A stretch of DNA of 64,000 nt, taken from positions 1,696,001 to 1,760,000 of the forward strand of contig CAWGLD010000001.1 of the NCBI GenBank assembly GCA_963823335.1, written 5' to 3'. The position numbers and the translations under genes are program-made. This stretch comes from an uncultured delta proteobacterium (GTDB lineage: Bacteria > Desulfobacterota > Desulfobacteria > Desulfobacterales > B30-G6). Shown here piece after piece: positions 18,721-28,752 of this stretch. Each line of letters opens with the position of its first letter. Position 1 is the stretch's first letter. A model generated the notes under the pieces. That model saw only the letters and a list, made by a program, of their open reading frames with translations, ran no database searches and was not told where the DNA came from.

Positions 18721-20121
18721 ATGCTCAAATCTAAAAAGAGCGCAATGACCGTCGTGCATGGAGATAAACTGTTTTTTGTCTCGTATGCCGGCGATACCAT
18801 GCAGGTGGACCACACGGTTTCCCTGGACCTGTTTCTGGAAGACGATTTCAGCTTATCCTCTGTCCCTGCAGCTGTCCGGGGTAGAAAAAATCGTCTTCTG
18901 GTGGCGCCTGATTACTGGGTCGGGCAGACAGACCTGACACTGCAATCCCAAAAGCGGTCTATTGTGGCGCCCTTTGTGGAAAGAAAGCTGACCTCCGAGC
19001 ATCCTGAACTACCCGATATCGGCCTATTTTTCGACTATACGTTTTCAGAGGAGCCGTCGGAACAAGGCGGTATTTATGCCTTTTTTCTTCAAGAGCCCTT
19101 GTCTTACCAGCTTTACCAAAGACTCGCAACCTATGACATGGCCCCCATGGATATCACGATACCCGCATATGTCTGGGGCAAGAAACTCCAGAGATTACAC
19201 CCGGAACTGGCCGATTCCGGTGGGGGGCTGATCCAGAAACTTTCTTCGGCCTCCTATTTATATTTTTATCATAAAGGACAGTTCCTGTTCTCGCGTAGTA
19301 TTCAATTCTCGGATTCCGCAGGGGGAGCGACAGATGCGCTCGATGCGCTGACATATGAAATCAACCAGTCGTTCTATCTTTTTTCACAAAAGGAAAAAGC
19401 CGAGCTGGAGCATATTTTTATCCATTCATCCCGTAGGGAGGATGCCGCAGAACTGGCCGAAAGTCTCGGGAGGGAGGTTCACTCCCTGGATATTGGTGAC
19501 GGAGCTGCCGGGTCGAATCAGGCAATGACTGAGATGCTGGGACCTTGCGGTGTTTTTACAGCCAACGATCTATCGCCGGCAAGCAAATACCTGGCGGTTG
19601 CGCAAAGGGACCACGCCAGAGACAGGGAGTGGCGTCCGGTTCAGGTGGCAGGGGTGATTGTCGGGATTCTGCTTTTTCTGCTTCTTGGGGGAGAACATTT
19701 TTTTCTGCTTAAATGGTCGAAACAGGATCCGGGTCTGAAAAATGCGGGTATTATGGCAGGTCGATCTTCCAGGGAGATCATCCAGCAATACAAAGTGGCA
19801 CTCGATCTCATTCTGCAGGAGACGCGTCGACCGTCTGCCTGGAAAACGATGATGGATCTGGCCGGTTGTTTTCCGGTAAATATCCGGGTCAAGGATATGA
19901 CGCTGGTGGTGGGAGAACTCCCCAAACTGGCCTTGACCTGTGTTGTCCGGTCGGAGAACATGGCGGAATTCAAAAGCTCGCTGTCCATGCTGCTGGAAAA
20001 TATTGGCAAGACTTTCACCACCAGCCCCATGTTGGAAAAGCGGGATATCGAATTGGGTGAGGTTTTACCCGGACAGGGCTATACAGATTATCCTATTCAG
20101 TTTGAACTCAGGCTGCGATGA
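18721..20121 (+). CDS. PilM/PilN (MshI)-like pilus alignment protein
   Basis: Cytoplasmic region with FLFSRSI/EINQSFY, one TM helix, PilN-like C-terminus; first gene of the secretin/pilin operon. Confidence 0.6.
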   Translation: MLKSKKSAMTVVHGDKLFFVSYAGDTMQVDHTVSLDLFLEDDFSLSSVPAAVRGRKNRLLVAPDYWVGQTDLTLQSQKRSIVAPFVERKLTSEHPELPDIGLFFDYTFSEEPSEQGGIYAFFLQEPLSYQLYQRLATYDMAPMDITIPAYVWGKKLQRLHPELADSGGGLIQKLSSASYLYFYHKGQFLFSRSIQFSDSAGGATDALDALTYEINQSFYLFSQKEKAELEHIFIHSSRREDAAELAESLGREVHSLDIGDGAAGSNQAMTEMLGPCGVFTANDLSPASKYLAVAQRDHARDREWRPVQVAGVIVGILLFLLLGGEHFFLLKWSKQDPGLKNAGIMAGRSSREIIQQYKVALDLILQETRRPSAWKTMMDLAGCFPVNIRVKDMTLVVGELPKLALTCVVRSENMAEFKSSLSMLLENIGKTFTTSPMLEKRDIELGEVLPGQGYTDYPIQFELRLR

Positions 20122-20642
20122 AAAATCGATTAATCCGAAACTGGATCGCCGTAGGGATTGTATGGGGTGGGGCCCTGGTCATGACCTATTTGAACCTGCA
20201 GACGATCCAGCAAATCAAGGCGAAACAGGAAGCCATCGAATTCATGCAAATTGATGACGCTTTTTTAAAGAATAACTTTGAAAAGGTTACCCGGGTGCTC
20301 AAGCGGCGGGCGTCCCTGCATAAACCCATCGATTCCATACAGATAGAGTTGTTGTCAATTGAAGACAGACTGAGATATCTTGCGCAAAAGAAGAATTTGT
20401 CCGAAATTCGCCTGACCAGCGATCAAACGGCCATTCAAGTGGACCGGATTCCCCTGGAGCTGTATGCACGCGGCACTTACCGGGATCTGGTTTTCTGGCT
20501 TCAGGCCCTGGAGACCGATGCGCCGTTTCTGGTGGTGACCGGTGTCAAGATGGATGAAAACAGGGATGGAGAAGGGTACCGCTTTCAGGTCGGGATCGAT
20601 TTTCGTTTCACTTTAGCCGAAAGCGAAAACGATTCCGCATAA
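20118..20642 (+). CDS. PilO/GspM (MshJ)-like protein
   Basis: N-terminal TM, coiled coil, P.EL..RGTY..L..WL..LE motif; ATGA overlap. Confidence 0.6.
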   Translation: MKNRLIRNWIAVGIVWGGALVMTYLNLQTIQQIKAKQEAIEFMQIDDAFLKNNFEKVTRVLKRRASLHKPIDSIQIELLSIEDRLRYLAQKKNLSEIRLTSDQTAIQVDRIPLELYARGTYRDLVFWLQALETDAPFLVVTGVKMDENRDGEGYRFQVGIDFRFTLAESENDSA

Positions 20643-20674
20643 AACCCTGTATTTGGGGAAAAGAAAACAGGAAC

Positions 20675-21232
20675 ATGGTAGTCAAGGGAAATCCCAAAAG
20701 ACTCATCATTGGATTGTGGGTGCTGGCAGCCCTGCTGATTTTCTGGTATAACGTCGCCGTCATGATGTCTTTGATTGACAAGCCCCTTCCGAGTCTGTCG
20801 TCAGATGCGAGGGCAACGATTGCCAAGTGGCAGCGTCTGGAAACCTACAATGCCCTGCGATTGAAAGAGATCGTAAGCCTGCAGGAAATCGAAAAAATAT
20901 TTGCCAGAATCGACGTTGGAAAGGCCAAGGCGGTCCTGCCGGCCAAGAAACGCGAGCCCATGCCAAAAACGGTCCGGAAGCCGGAACCGGTCATAAAGAA
21001 AAAGGTCGAGCTGCCTTTGCTGAACGGTATCGTGACTGTTTATGGCACGGACGGAGACGCGGTCTATCTGGCCGTGATCGACGGAAAGACCCATGAGGAA
21101 AAAAGCAGCATCGGCGATTTCGTTATTGAAAGAATTGATACCAAGGGTATTCTGCTGGCCCAAGACAAGGAAAGCTGGTTTGTACCGGCACCCACGGTAG
21201 AATTTTCGGTGGATAAGAGTATGGAGGAATAA
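20675..21232 (+). CDS. MshK/PilP/GspC-like pilus accessory protein
   Basis: N-terminal TM, LP.LNGIV...AVIDGK...IGDFVIERI motif. Confidence 0.55.
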   Translation: MVVKGNPKRLIIGLWVLAALLIFWYNVAVMMSLIDKPLPSLSSDARATIAKWQRLETYNALRLKEIVSLQEIEKIFARIDVGKAKAVLPAKKREPMPKTVRKPEPVIKKKVELPLLNGIVTVYGTDGDAVYLAVIDGKTHEEKSSIGDFVIERIDTKGILLAQDKESWFVPAPTVEFSVDKSMEE

Positions 21233-22731
21233 TGCGCTGCGTCCCAAGAAGCAACATCTGGTTTACCGTCATCGTGTTCATGCTTGGAACGGTCGTGGGT
21301 TGTTCGGTTCATGAGCCGCGACCGGTCGATCTGGAAGGCTTTGATGACATCCAGCCCCACGAGGTGATTCAGGAGCAAAAACCGGATACAACACTCGGGT
21401 CGGTCGTCATAAAGGAAAAGCTGGCACCCATTGTCCAGGACATACAAGCGGATGCGACGATCTATTCCGGGGTATTCAGTGATGTCGCGCTGGCTGAAGT
21501 TTTAAAGGTGATTACGCGTGACAGCCATCTGAACCTGTCGGTGGCATCGGATGTGAATCTGAATCGCCGCCTCACAGTCAACCTTCAGCAGGCCACCCTC
21601 ACCGAGGCGCTCGATATGGTGGTGGTCAATGGTGCCGGGTATGCCTGGAAAATTGAAGGGGACAATCTTTATGTCAAGGTCTTTGAAGAGCGGATCTATC
21701 AGTTCGATTACCTGGATATGGCCAATGAGACCGATATCGAAATCGGTGGGGATATGCTTGCATCCAGTGTCGAAGAGTCGGGCGTGAGCGGTAAATTTCA
21801 GATCAAGGCCAACCGCGATACCAAGATAACGGATGTGTGGGTCAATATTCAGGAAACCCTGGATCTGTTCAAATCTGAAAACGGCATCGTGCGCATCAAC
21901 CGAAATGCCGGTATTATTTACATGGCAGACAAGCCCGGGAAGGTTGCCTCCATGGTTCGGTTTCTGGACTCCCTGATGGAGGCCTTGCATCGCCAGGTGT
22001 TTATCGAGGCCAAGATTATGGAGGTACGCCTCAGCGAGGACAACAGTTACGGTATCGACTGGTCCAACGTGAGCATCGCCTTCACCGATTCGGGGAATAC
22101 GCTTACGGACGTGTTCAACCTCAGCATCAACGGTGGCAGTTCCATTGTCAAGGCCGGTCAAAGCGGTTTTTCGGCCATGCTGGATTTTCTCAAGACCCAG
22201 GGGGATGTGTCCGTTGTATCGAATCCGCATCTTTCGGTGATGAACGGCCAGTCGGCGGTGCTCACGGTGGGGTATCAGTTCCCGTTTGCCGATGTGGATG
22301 GCGTAGATCGGGATACCGAGACCGGCGTTGTCACCTACGGTGCCTCTATCAAACGGGTCGTTTTAGGGTTGCAGCTCGGTATTACGCCTCACATTTCCAG
22401 TGACGGTATCGTGACCCTGAATATCATTCCCACCATTACCCGTATTCAGGGCGAGGAGGATGTGGAAATTCCCACGGATTCCCTTAGAACCCAGACCATC
22501 AGCAACCCCATTATCGATCTCCAGGAGCTTTCCACCACGGTGCGGGTTCGGGAAGGCAACTCCATTGTTTTGGCAGGACTTATCAGCCAGATCCGGCAGG
22601 CCAATCAAAAGGGGCTTCCCCTGCTCGGCAGTATTCCGGGTCTGAGATATTTTTTCGAGCACGTGGAAGATGTCATGGAGAACAAGGAACTCGTTATTTA
22701 TATCACCCCGTATATCCGTAAGGTCGAGTGA
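21232..22731 (+). CDS. MSHA-type secretin lipoprotein (MshL/GspD family)
   Basis: Lipobox VVGC; QVFIEAKIMEV, GIDWS, SNPHL.VMNGQ.A and ELVIYITP motifs. Confidence 0.9.
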   Translation: MRCVPRSNIWFTVIVFMLGTVVGCSVHEPRPVDLEGFDDIQPHEVIQEQKPDTTLGSVVIKEKLAPIVQDIQADATIYSGVFSDVALAEVLKVITRDSHLNLSVASDVNLNRRLTVNLQQATLTEALDMVVVNGAGYAWKIEGDNLYVKVFEERIYQFDYLDMANETDIEIGGDMLASSVEESGVSGKFQIKANRDTKITDVWVNIQETLDLFKSENGIVRINRNAGIIYMADKPGKVASMVRFLDSLMEALHRQVFIEAKIMEVRLSEDNSYGIDWSNVSIAFTDSGNTLTDVFNLSINGGSSIVKAGQSGFSAMLDFLKTQGDVSVVSNPHLSVMNGQSAVLTVGYQFPFADVDGVDRDTETGVVTYGASIKRVVLGLQLGITPHISSDGIVTLNIIPTITRIQGEEDVEIPTDSLRTQTISNPIIDLQELSTTVRVREGNSIVLAGLISQIRQANQKGLPLLGSIPGLRYFFEHVEDVMENKELVIYITPYIRKVE

Positions 22732-22831
22732 TACATATACATTAAACACAAAACCCGAAACAGCAAACACAACGTACCAAACACCAAACACAAAACGCAA
22801 AACACGAGATGTCGCAACTGAAAGGAGTCTG

Positions 22832-23410
22832 ATGATGAATAGCTTGAGAAAAAAAATGACAGACAATTCCGGTTTTACCCTCGTGGAGATCGCCATAGTG
22901 ATGGTGATTATCGGTCTTTTGATCGGCGGTGTTCTCAAAGGGCAGGAGATGATCAAAAATGCCAAAATCAAGCGCGTGGTCAAGACCTCGGACGAAATGC
23001 GGGCGGCTGTTTTTACCTACCAGGACCGTTTTGGTTATCTGCCAGGCGATGACCCCGATGCTATCACGCATACGGGCGCTGCCGTAACAAACGGCAACGG
23101 CAATGGGCAGATCGCTGCGGCTGAAGACGAAGATGTCTTTATTCATATGGCTACCGTGGGGCTCATTTCCGGTTCACCCACCACGTATGCCACTGCTTTT
23201 CCGAGCCACCCGTTCGGGGGGACTTACTACGTGTTGTACCAGAACCGAAACGGCAAGTCGTCCAACTGGATTACCTATACCTTGGTGCCGGTAGATGTTG
23301 CCCTCGCCATGGACACGAGCCTCGACGACGGGGTTTATACCACGGGTTCCATTCGGGCCAGCGCCGCTTATACGGGTACAGCACCGGTGACGGTTTACGT
23401 GGATCTCTAA
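22832..23410 (+). CDS. Type IV prepilin, probably the major pilin
   Basis: G|FTLVEIAIVMVIIGLLIGGVLKG class III signal; AAGGAG RBS. Confidence 0.9.
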   Translation: MMNSLRKKMTDNSGFTLVEIAIVMVIIGLLIGGVLKGQEMIKNAKIKRVVKTSDEMRAAVFTYQDRFGYLPGDDPDAITHTGAAVTNGNGNGQIAAAEDEDVFIHMATVGLISGSPTTYATAFPSHPFGGTYYVLYQNRNGKSSNWITYTLVPVDVALAMDTSLDDGVYTTGSIRASAAYTGTAPVTVYVDL

Positions 23411-23494
23411 AACAGGTCGATCCATTGTGTGTGCGCCTGAGTGTTCTGCAAACCGCGTGTTGAAAGCGCAGCGAGGTGGTCCCTTTTGCCAACC

Positions 23495-24562
23495 ATGGAC
23501 AAAAAAGGGTTTACAATCATAGAAGTGGCCATTGTCATGGTAATTGTCGGTTTGCTGGTGGGGTTTGGCGCGACCCTGATAGGACCTTTGACGGAGCGGT
23601 CCAAACGGATGGCCACCACCGAAAATATCATGGGGGCGGTGGAATCGATTGTGGGATTTGCAGCCGCTGAAAAACGCCTGCCCCTGTGGGGAGACAACAC
23701 GGTCGACGGAAGTCTGGATGAGTTCTGTGAGGTCGTTACCAAAAGAAGAGACAGCGCTGCAAAACCCATATACTACTTTCTTGACAGTCGACTGACGACG
23801 CCCGGGAGCCTGTGCGGCCGCAAAACCACCGCTTTGACGGTCTGCCGGGACAGCGCCTGCACCGACCGCATACCCAACATCGCCTTTGCCGTCGTGAGCG
23901 GGGCCATGGACTATAACCCCCAGACCGGTATCGTGACGTCTGGCTGCCCGGCCGGACAGACCTGTATCGGCGTCTATGAACCGGGAACGGCGAACATTGA
24001 CAATTGCACCAATGGGACCAACTGCCCCAATTTCGATGGTGCGGTCGACAGGATCAACAGATCCGAATCCTATGACGATATTGTCGACTATGTCAGCCTG
24101 GGTGAACTGAGGACCAAAAGCGGATGCCAGGGTGCGCCCCTGAAGATATTGAACAACGAATTGCCGTCGGGCAGCATGAGCAGCACCTATTCCGCAACGA
24201 TTTATGCCGAGGGAGGGGTCCCCTTCGGCAGTGGCGGAAAGTATACCTGGTGCGTCGAAATCGGCAACCGCAGTGCATCCGAAGGTGTTCCGGGCGGATT
24301 GAACATAGCCCCGGGTTTCGTTCGCTATCCTGACGATACCTCTCCAACCAGTTGCTCGGACCAGGCAGAAACAGCCTGGTCGTCCTATCAGGCCGATGAC
24401 CTGGTCATTTCAAGGGGATCGGGTCTGACGGAACCAGGCTCGTTTCTGATTACCGTCAATGTTAGAGACGACAGCCGGAGCGGCAACGATCCGGCTTGTA
24501 ACAGCGCGGGAAACGAAGATAACTGTGCACGCAGGTCGTTTGTTTTGACGGTGAATCCCTAA
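23495..24562 (+). CDS. Cys-rich minor prepilin
   Basis: MDKKG|FTIIEVAIVMVIVGLL; many Cys pairs; Ig-like C-terminal part. Confidence 0.85.
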   Translation: MDKKGFTIIEVAIVMVIVGLLVGFGATLIGPLTERSKRMATTENIMGAVESIVGFAAAEKRLPLWGDNTVDGSLDEFCEVVTKRRDSAAKPIYYFLDSRLTTPGSLCGRKTTALTVCRDSACTDRIPNIAFAVVSGAMDYNPQTGIVTSGCPAGQTCIGVYEPGTANIDNCTNGTNCPNFDGAVDRINRSESYDDIVDYVSLGELRTKSGCQGAPLKILNNELPSGSMSSTYSATIYAEGGVPFGSGGKYTWCVEIGNRSASEGVPGGLNIAPGFVRYPDDTSPTSCSDQAETAWSSYQADDLVISRGSGLTEPGSFLITVNVRDDSRSGNDPACNSAGNEDNCARRSFVLTVNP

Positions 24563-24564
24563 TC

Positions 24565-25121
24565 ATGTCTGTCCACAACAACAGGGGTATCACCCTTTTG
24601 CCTTTGATCCTCATGGTGGTGGTTTTCGGCGCCCTGTTAGGGGTCGGCATGGGTGTGGTCAAACAGCGTGTTCAGAAAATCCAGCAACAGAAGACGGCAG
24701 AAACCGTCACATCGGCGATTCAGTCCATTTTCAGCTGGTCCATTGAAACCGGCACCCTGCCCATATGGGGAGACAACACACCCGACGCCACCAGGGACGA
24801 GTTCTGTGAAATTGTAAAAGAAACCCAAGACCCGTGGCATCAGGGCTTTGTCTACATCTACGCCGGCGGGTTGACTTCGGTTGCCGGCGGTGGCATCTGC
24901 GGAAAGACATCCACGGGGATTTCCGCCGCCGCCGGTGATATTGCCTTTGCTCTTCACATCTTTAAGGGCATTGTCGGACGGTTCCGGGACGCATTCCCGT
25001 GGTCGATCTGGCCATCGGGGCGGATTTTCAGGGGACCGCCAACTTCTTCGAAGGCCTCATCGACGGTGTGGCCATTTACGATCAGGCGCTGACGGCCGAA
25101 GAAATACGGGAGAGTTATTAA
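24565..25121 (+). pseudogene. Pilin-like adhesin with a LamG-like C-terminus, internally deleted and frameshifted
   Basis: RG|ITLLPL pilin leader; segment paralogous to the previous gene; another frame (24999-25121) gives DLAIGADFQGTANFFEGLIDGVAIYDQALTAEEIRESY*. Confidence 0.7.
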
Positions 25122-25415
25122 AAAGAAGGGTTCGAGGGTTGGAGGGTGATACAAGGATTCGAGGGTAGCTGACAGTTATCAACGGACAGCGGCATCCCAG
25201 CGTCCCAGTATACAAGGGGCTTAGGGTTAAGGGCTGATAGCAACACAATAAACGCAATGAACATAAAAACCCCCAATCAACGCGCTTATGGCGTAAACGC
25301 AAAATCGAATGCTGTGTGCCGCCAGCGGCAGGTGTGGTTCTACTGCCACGAAGCGCTGCCGCCCGGCAGAAAATATCTCGTTGTTTGCCACGAGGTTTTA
25401 CAATAATATCAACTG

Positions 25416-26462
25416 TTACAGAAAGTCGGTCATGGCAAAGCCGATACCGATGCTGGTTTCTTTGGAGTCGTAATCAATCAGGCTCTGGCCGTAGCCATGA
25501 AAGCCCTGGATGTAGCCCTTGAGGTATCTGTAATTCCACAGGGGAAAGCTCCAGGCTGCTTCCACCGCCCCCTTGTCGAAACCGGACTCCAGGTTGTTGC
25601 GTGTCATAACTGAGAAGGTATTTCTATGCCACTTGTAGGCGGCCAAGAATTCGCAATGGCCCAGGTAATCTGTAATGTCCTTGTTGTTGTCGTCTTTGTC
25701 TTTTTCGGGAAGCCGGTACCACGGTCTGATGCTAAATATCAGGTTGCCCTTTTCAAAAATGAAATTGGCATAGATCCTGTTCCAGCTTCTGGAAATGGGC
25801 TCGTTCCTCCCGTTGGACTGATGCATAATTCCAAATTGATTGACAACGTTATCAATCCCCCAAAAGGACCAGTCATTGCGGAACTGCAGCCATCCTTCCG
25901 GCTGGTAATTCGTTTCCCGGAAGGGGGCCGATAAATCGCTGTTATACACCTGCCAGTAGGACCGCACCGTATAGGCACCAAAGAAGTCAATTTTCCTGTC
26001 AAACACATCGATGGCCAGCGGCACTTTGATGCTGAGCTGGAACTGAGACTCGGTCTTGTCCAGATCCAGGTTGGAATCATTGGACGCTTCACGCCAGGGA
26101 TCGTTGTTGGGGCTGTTGTTGTAGCAGGCCAGCAAAATAAAATTGGGCTTGTGGGACATGAGGGTAAACGGCCGCAATACATTCTTGGTATCGGTGTAGA
26201 TTCTCTCTTGTATGAGACTTGCTTTGTCTTCACCGGTAGCGGTCAGTTCCTCAGACTGGCACTTGGCCCGCAGATCATCAATTGTGGACTCGCCAGGAGA
26301 GGTCTCCATGGCTCTGAAAAGACAATCCTGAAAAGCTGCATCATCCGCCTCACTGTATTCGGCAGCAGCCATTCCGAGGCAGGTAAAGACCCCAAAAAAA
26401 GCTGCCAGAATAATTCTCGTTCCTTGTGTTCCAAAAGAATATTTCCTGCTTCCGTGTTTCAT
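25416..26462 (-). CDS. pldA: Outer membrane phospholipase A
   Basis: FQLSIK, PFRETNYQPE, HQSNG, SRSWNRIY and GYGQSLIDY motifs; GGAGG RBS. Confidence 0.93.
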   Translation of the reverse strand: MKHGSRKYSFGTQGTRIILAAFFGVFTCLGMAAAEYSEADDAAFQDCLFRAMETSPGESTIDDLRAKCQSEELTATGEDKASLIQERIYTDTKNVLRPFTLMSHKPNFILLACYNNSPNNDPWREASNDSNLDLDKTESQFQLSIKVPLAIDVFDRKIDFFGAYTVRSYWQVYNSDLSAPFRETNYQPEGWLQFRNDWSFWGIDNVVNQFGIMHQSNGRNEPISRSWNRIYANFIFEKGNLIFSIRPWYRLPEKDKDDNNKDITDYLGHCEFLAAYKWHRNTFSVMTRNNLESGFDKGAVEAAWSFPLWNYRYLKGYIQGFHGYGQSLIDYDSKETSIGIGFAMTDFL

Positions 26463-26514
26463 TTTTTGCCTCCTTTTCATGTCAGTACAAACAATGGTTA
26501 TCCTTTTTTTACTC

Positions 26515-28053
26515 TCACAAGAGAGTCCGGTCAATTTCCACCACGACCCGTTGTTCTACATACCCGAAGAACGGGTTGTAACGCAGGCGCATGAGCTGAT
26601 CCAGGGGTGCGGTCAAAAGATGGGTCTCGCCGCGCGGCTGAAGTCTGCCAAGAGAAAGCCCCTGGTAAATGCCCTTGCTGTTCTCGTTGGCACCGTAGAC
26701 CGGGTCATCGGGAGAGAACGGCACTGCCACGTGCGTCAGAGAATACACATTGGGTGGCCAGGAGAGGTCAAGGGCCGTGGAATCGATGGTAGCTGACCGG
26801 GGGGCCTTGGTTCGCTGGGCCATACGATCGGAATTGCGGGTCATGTTGGTGATAACCGTGAGCCGATAGGGCAGATCCGATCTGGCCTCAAGCTCTTTGA
26901 GCGGTTTGTCGGTGGCCGTTGGAATAAAAGGCTCGAGCTGGTCAAAGCGGTTCACGTCGAACACGACGAGTTCGGCGCCCTTGTTCTCGAGCTGTCCATA
27001 GAGCCGGTGGATGGTTGCAGACGTGTCCACCGTGGCGTCGATCCACGAGAGAAAAGTGAGTACCGGTGGAAAGTCGGCAAATCTGCCGGCAGCGCGCGTT
27101 TCTTCTATCTGCTGCTGCAGTTTCTTTGTGATTTCATATGCCTGACGTCCCGCATTTTTCGGGAACGAGTTATATTTAAAGGGGTCGTACTCGGGCTTGA
27201 TGTCGAGCCATTTGAACTTCTCAAAGAAGGGTAGAAAGCTCAGGAGTTTGTGAGCGTTGGCAATTTTGCCGAAGGCTGAGACACCGATTTCCGGTGAGAA
27301 GAGCAGCAGCCGGTCCGGGCGCGGCAGGCTCGGGTCCAACAGCGAGTCAAGAGAGTACTTGACCGCCAGGGCGCCACCATTCGAATATCCTGCGATCACA
27401 AACGGCTGATCGGAACCGATCTGCTCACGGACGTGGCGTGCGCCGATCCGGCCGGCCGCCATCCAGTCCTCCCAGCGCACCGTTGTCAGGGCTTCTGGAA
27501 CGGTCCCGTGAGCGGGAAGGCGGAGACCTAATATGTAGAATCCTCTGGCGTGAAGTATCTCGCCGATGCGACGCAGGCTGTATGGCGAATCGGTGAGACC
27601 GTGTAAAAGCAGGGCACCACCCTGAATGTGCTCCGGGACGAGCTCGAATGTCCGGTTCCAGTTGCCCAGCGGGGGTTTTGGGTCCTGCGGCCCGCCGGTG
27701 CGGTAGCGGCAGAATTTCAGGTCATCCGTGGACTCCACACGGTCGTAGACCTTTTCTTTAAGATCGCGGAAGAGCCGCTCTTCCTGCTCGAGGTAATCCT
27801 GAAGCGTGCTCTTGGGAGTCTCATCACGCGCCGTGAACTCTCCCGATAACGCGGTCGTGTGCCAGATTTTCAATTCCGGCATGTTTCGTGACACAAATGC
27901 CAGGACAAGCACTACGGTGAAGGCCAGAAGCCCTGTGAGCAGAACAGCCCTCAGGATCCAGACGAGAGAGCGCTTGATACCCTTCCGGTGGTCCCCGGCC
28001 GGCGCAGAAGATTGCTGGTTTCGAGAACCGGTTTTGGGTGATTTTTTGTTCAT
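26515..28053 (-). CDS. Membrane-anchored alpha/beta hydrolase
   Basis: HGLTDSP and GYSNGG nucleophile elbow; N-terminal TM. Confidence 0.85.
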   Translation of the reverse strand: MNKKSPKTGSRNQQSSAPAGDHRKGIKRSLVWILRAVLLTGLLAFTVVLVLAFVSRNMPELKIWHTTALSGEFTARDETPKSTLQDYLEQEERLFRDLKEKVYDRVESTDDLKFCRYRTGGPQDPKPPLGNWNRTFELVPEHIQGGALLLHGLTDSPYSLRRIGEILHARGFYILGLRLPAHGTVPEALTTVRWEDWMAAGRIGARHVREQIGSDQPFVIAGYSNGGALAVKYSLDSLLDPSLPRPDRLLLFSPEIGVSAFGKIANAHKLLSFLPFFEKFKWLDIKPEYDPFKYNSFPKNAGRQAYEITKKLQQQIEETRAAGRFADFPPVLTFLSWIDATVDTSATIHRLYGQLENKGAELVVFDVNRFDQLEPFIPTATDKPLKELEARSDLPYRLTVITNMTRNSDRMAQRTKAPRSATIDSTALDLSWPPNVYSLTHVAVPFSPDDPVYGANENSKGIYQGLSLGRLQPRGETHLLTAPLDQLMRLRYNPFFGYVEQRVVVEIDRTLL

Positions 28054-28628
28054 TATTGTATCTCCGAAATCATGTCGTATAACGGCAGCATAATCGAAAG
28101 GGCGATCAAGCCGAAAATACCACCGAACAGGGGGGGTTCAACATGTATTTGTGAAACTGGACCTGCCCCTTGGGCGTTTTGGTGTAGAGATAAACCAGAA
28201 ATCCCGATATCAGCGCGCCCCCCAGCAGCCAGAGCCAGGAATTCTGGCAAAAACGATTTATGTTTAAAACCACCCTGGTGACACCGGGAAGCGCCACACC
28301 CAGGTCGTCCAGAATGCTGGAAATGAGCTCGGTGTCTGACAGGGACGGTTTGATGATATAGACTGTAGAGGCCTTTACTGCCAGGGTTGTCCAGCAGGGA
28401 TCGGCAGAACGTTGTTTTGCCGGTGCCGACTTCTCCCACCAGGAGCAGAAAACCCATACGGCTGTTGATACCGTAAAGCAGTTTGTTGATGGCATTCTGA
28501 TGGGTAACGGAATAGAACAGATACTCGGGATCGGGTGTGATGGAAAAGGGTGCTTCGTCTAAATTGTAGAAGTCGAGATAGACCCTTTCTCTGGCAGGGT
28601 CATAAGTCGAAGGCCCTCTGGTATTCAT
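28053..28628 (-). pseudogene. Collapsed relic of an ExeA/MshM AAA ATPase fused to PilC/GspF fragments
   Basis: PFSITPDP..GEVGTGKTT (ExeA); frameshift to PSLSDTELISSILDDLG; then LPGVTR..WL (PilC middle) and EPPL..IALSIMLPLYDM (PilC C-terminus). Confidence 0.75.
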
Positions 28629-28752
28629 AGCCCTTGTTATCCGTATCCGAAATGGTGTAGGTTTGGGTGCGTATTTGCAACACTTACGCTGGGTTTGATT
28701 GTGAGCGTAAAATATATTAGAAACCATTTGAAGTCAACCACCTTCACTATAC

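Noticed and set aside
22670-22831. Long N-terminal extension of the pilin ORF
   Set aside because: It is translated heptamer repeat; the RBS supports a start at ~22832
24954-25154. Minus-strand ORF resembling a PilB C-terminus
   Set aside because: The plus-strand LamG-like reading fits better and matches operon orientation
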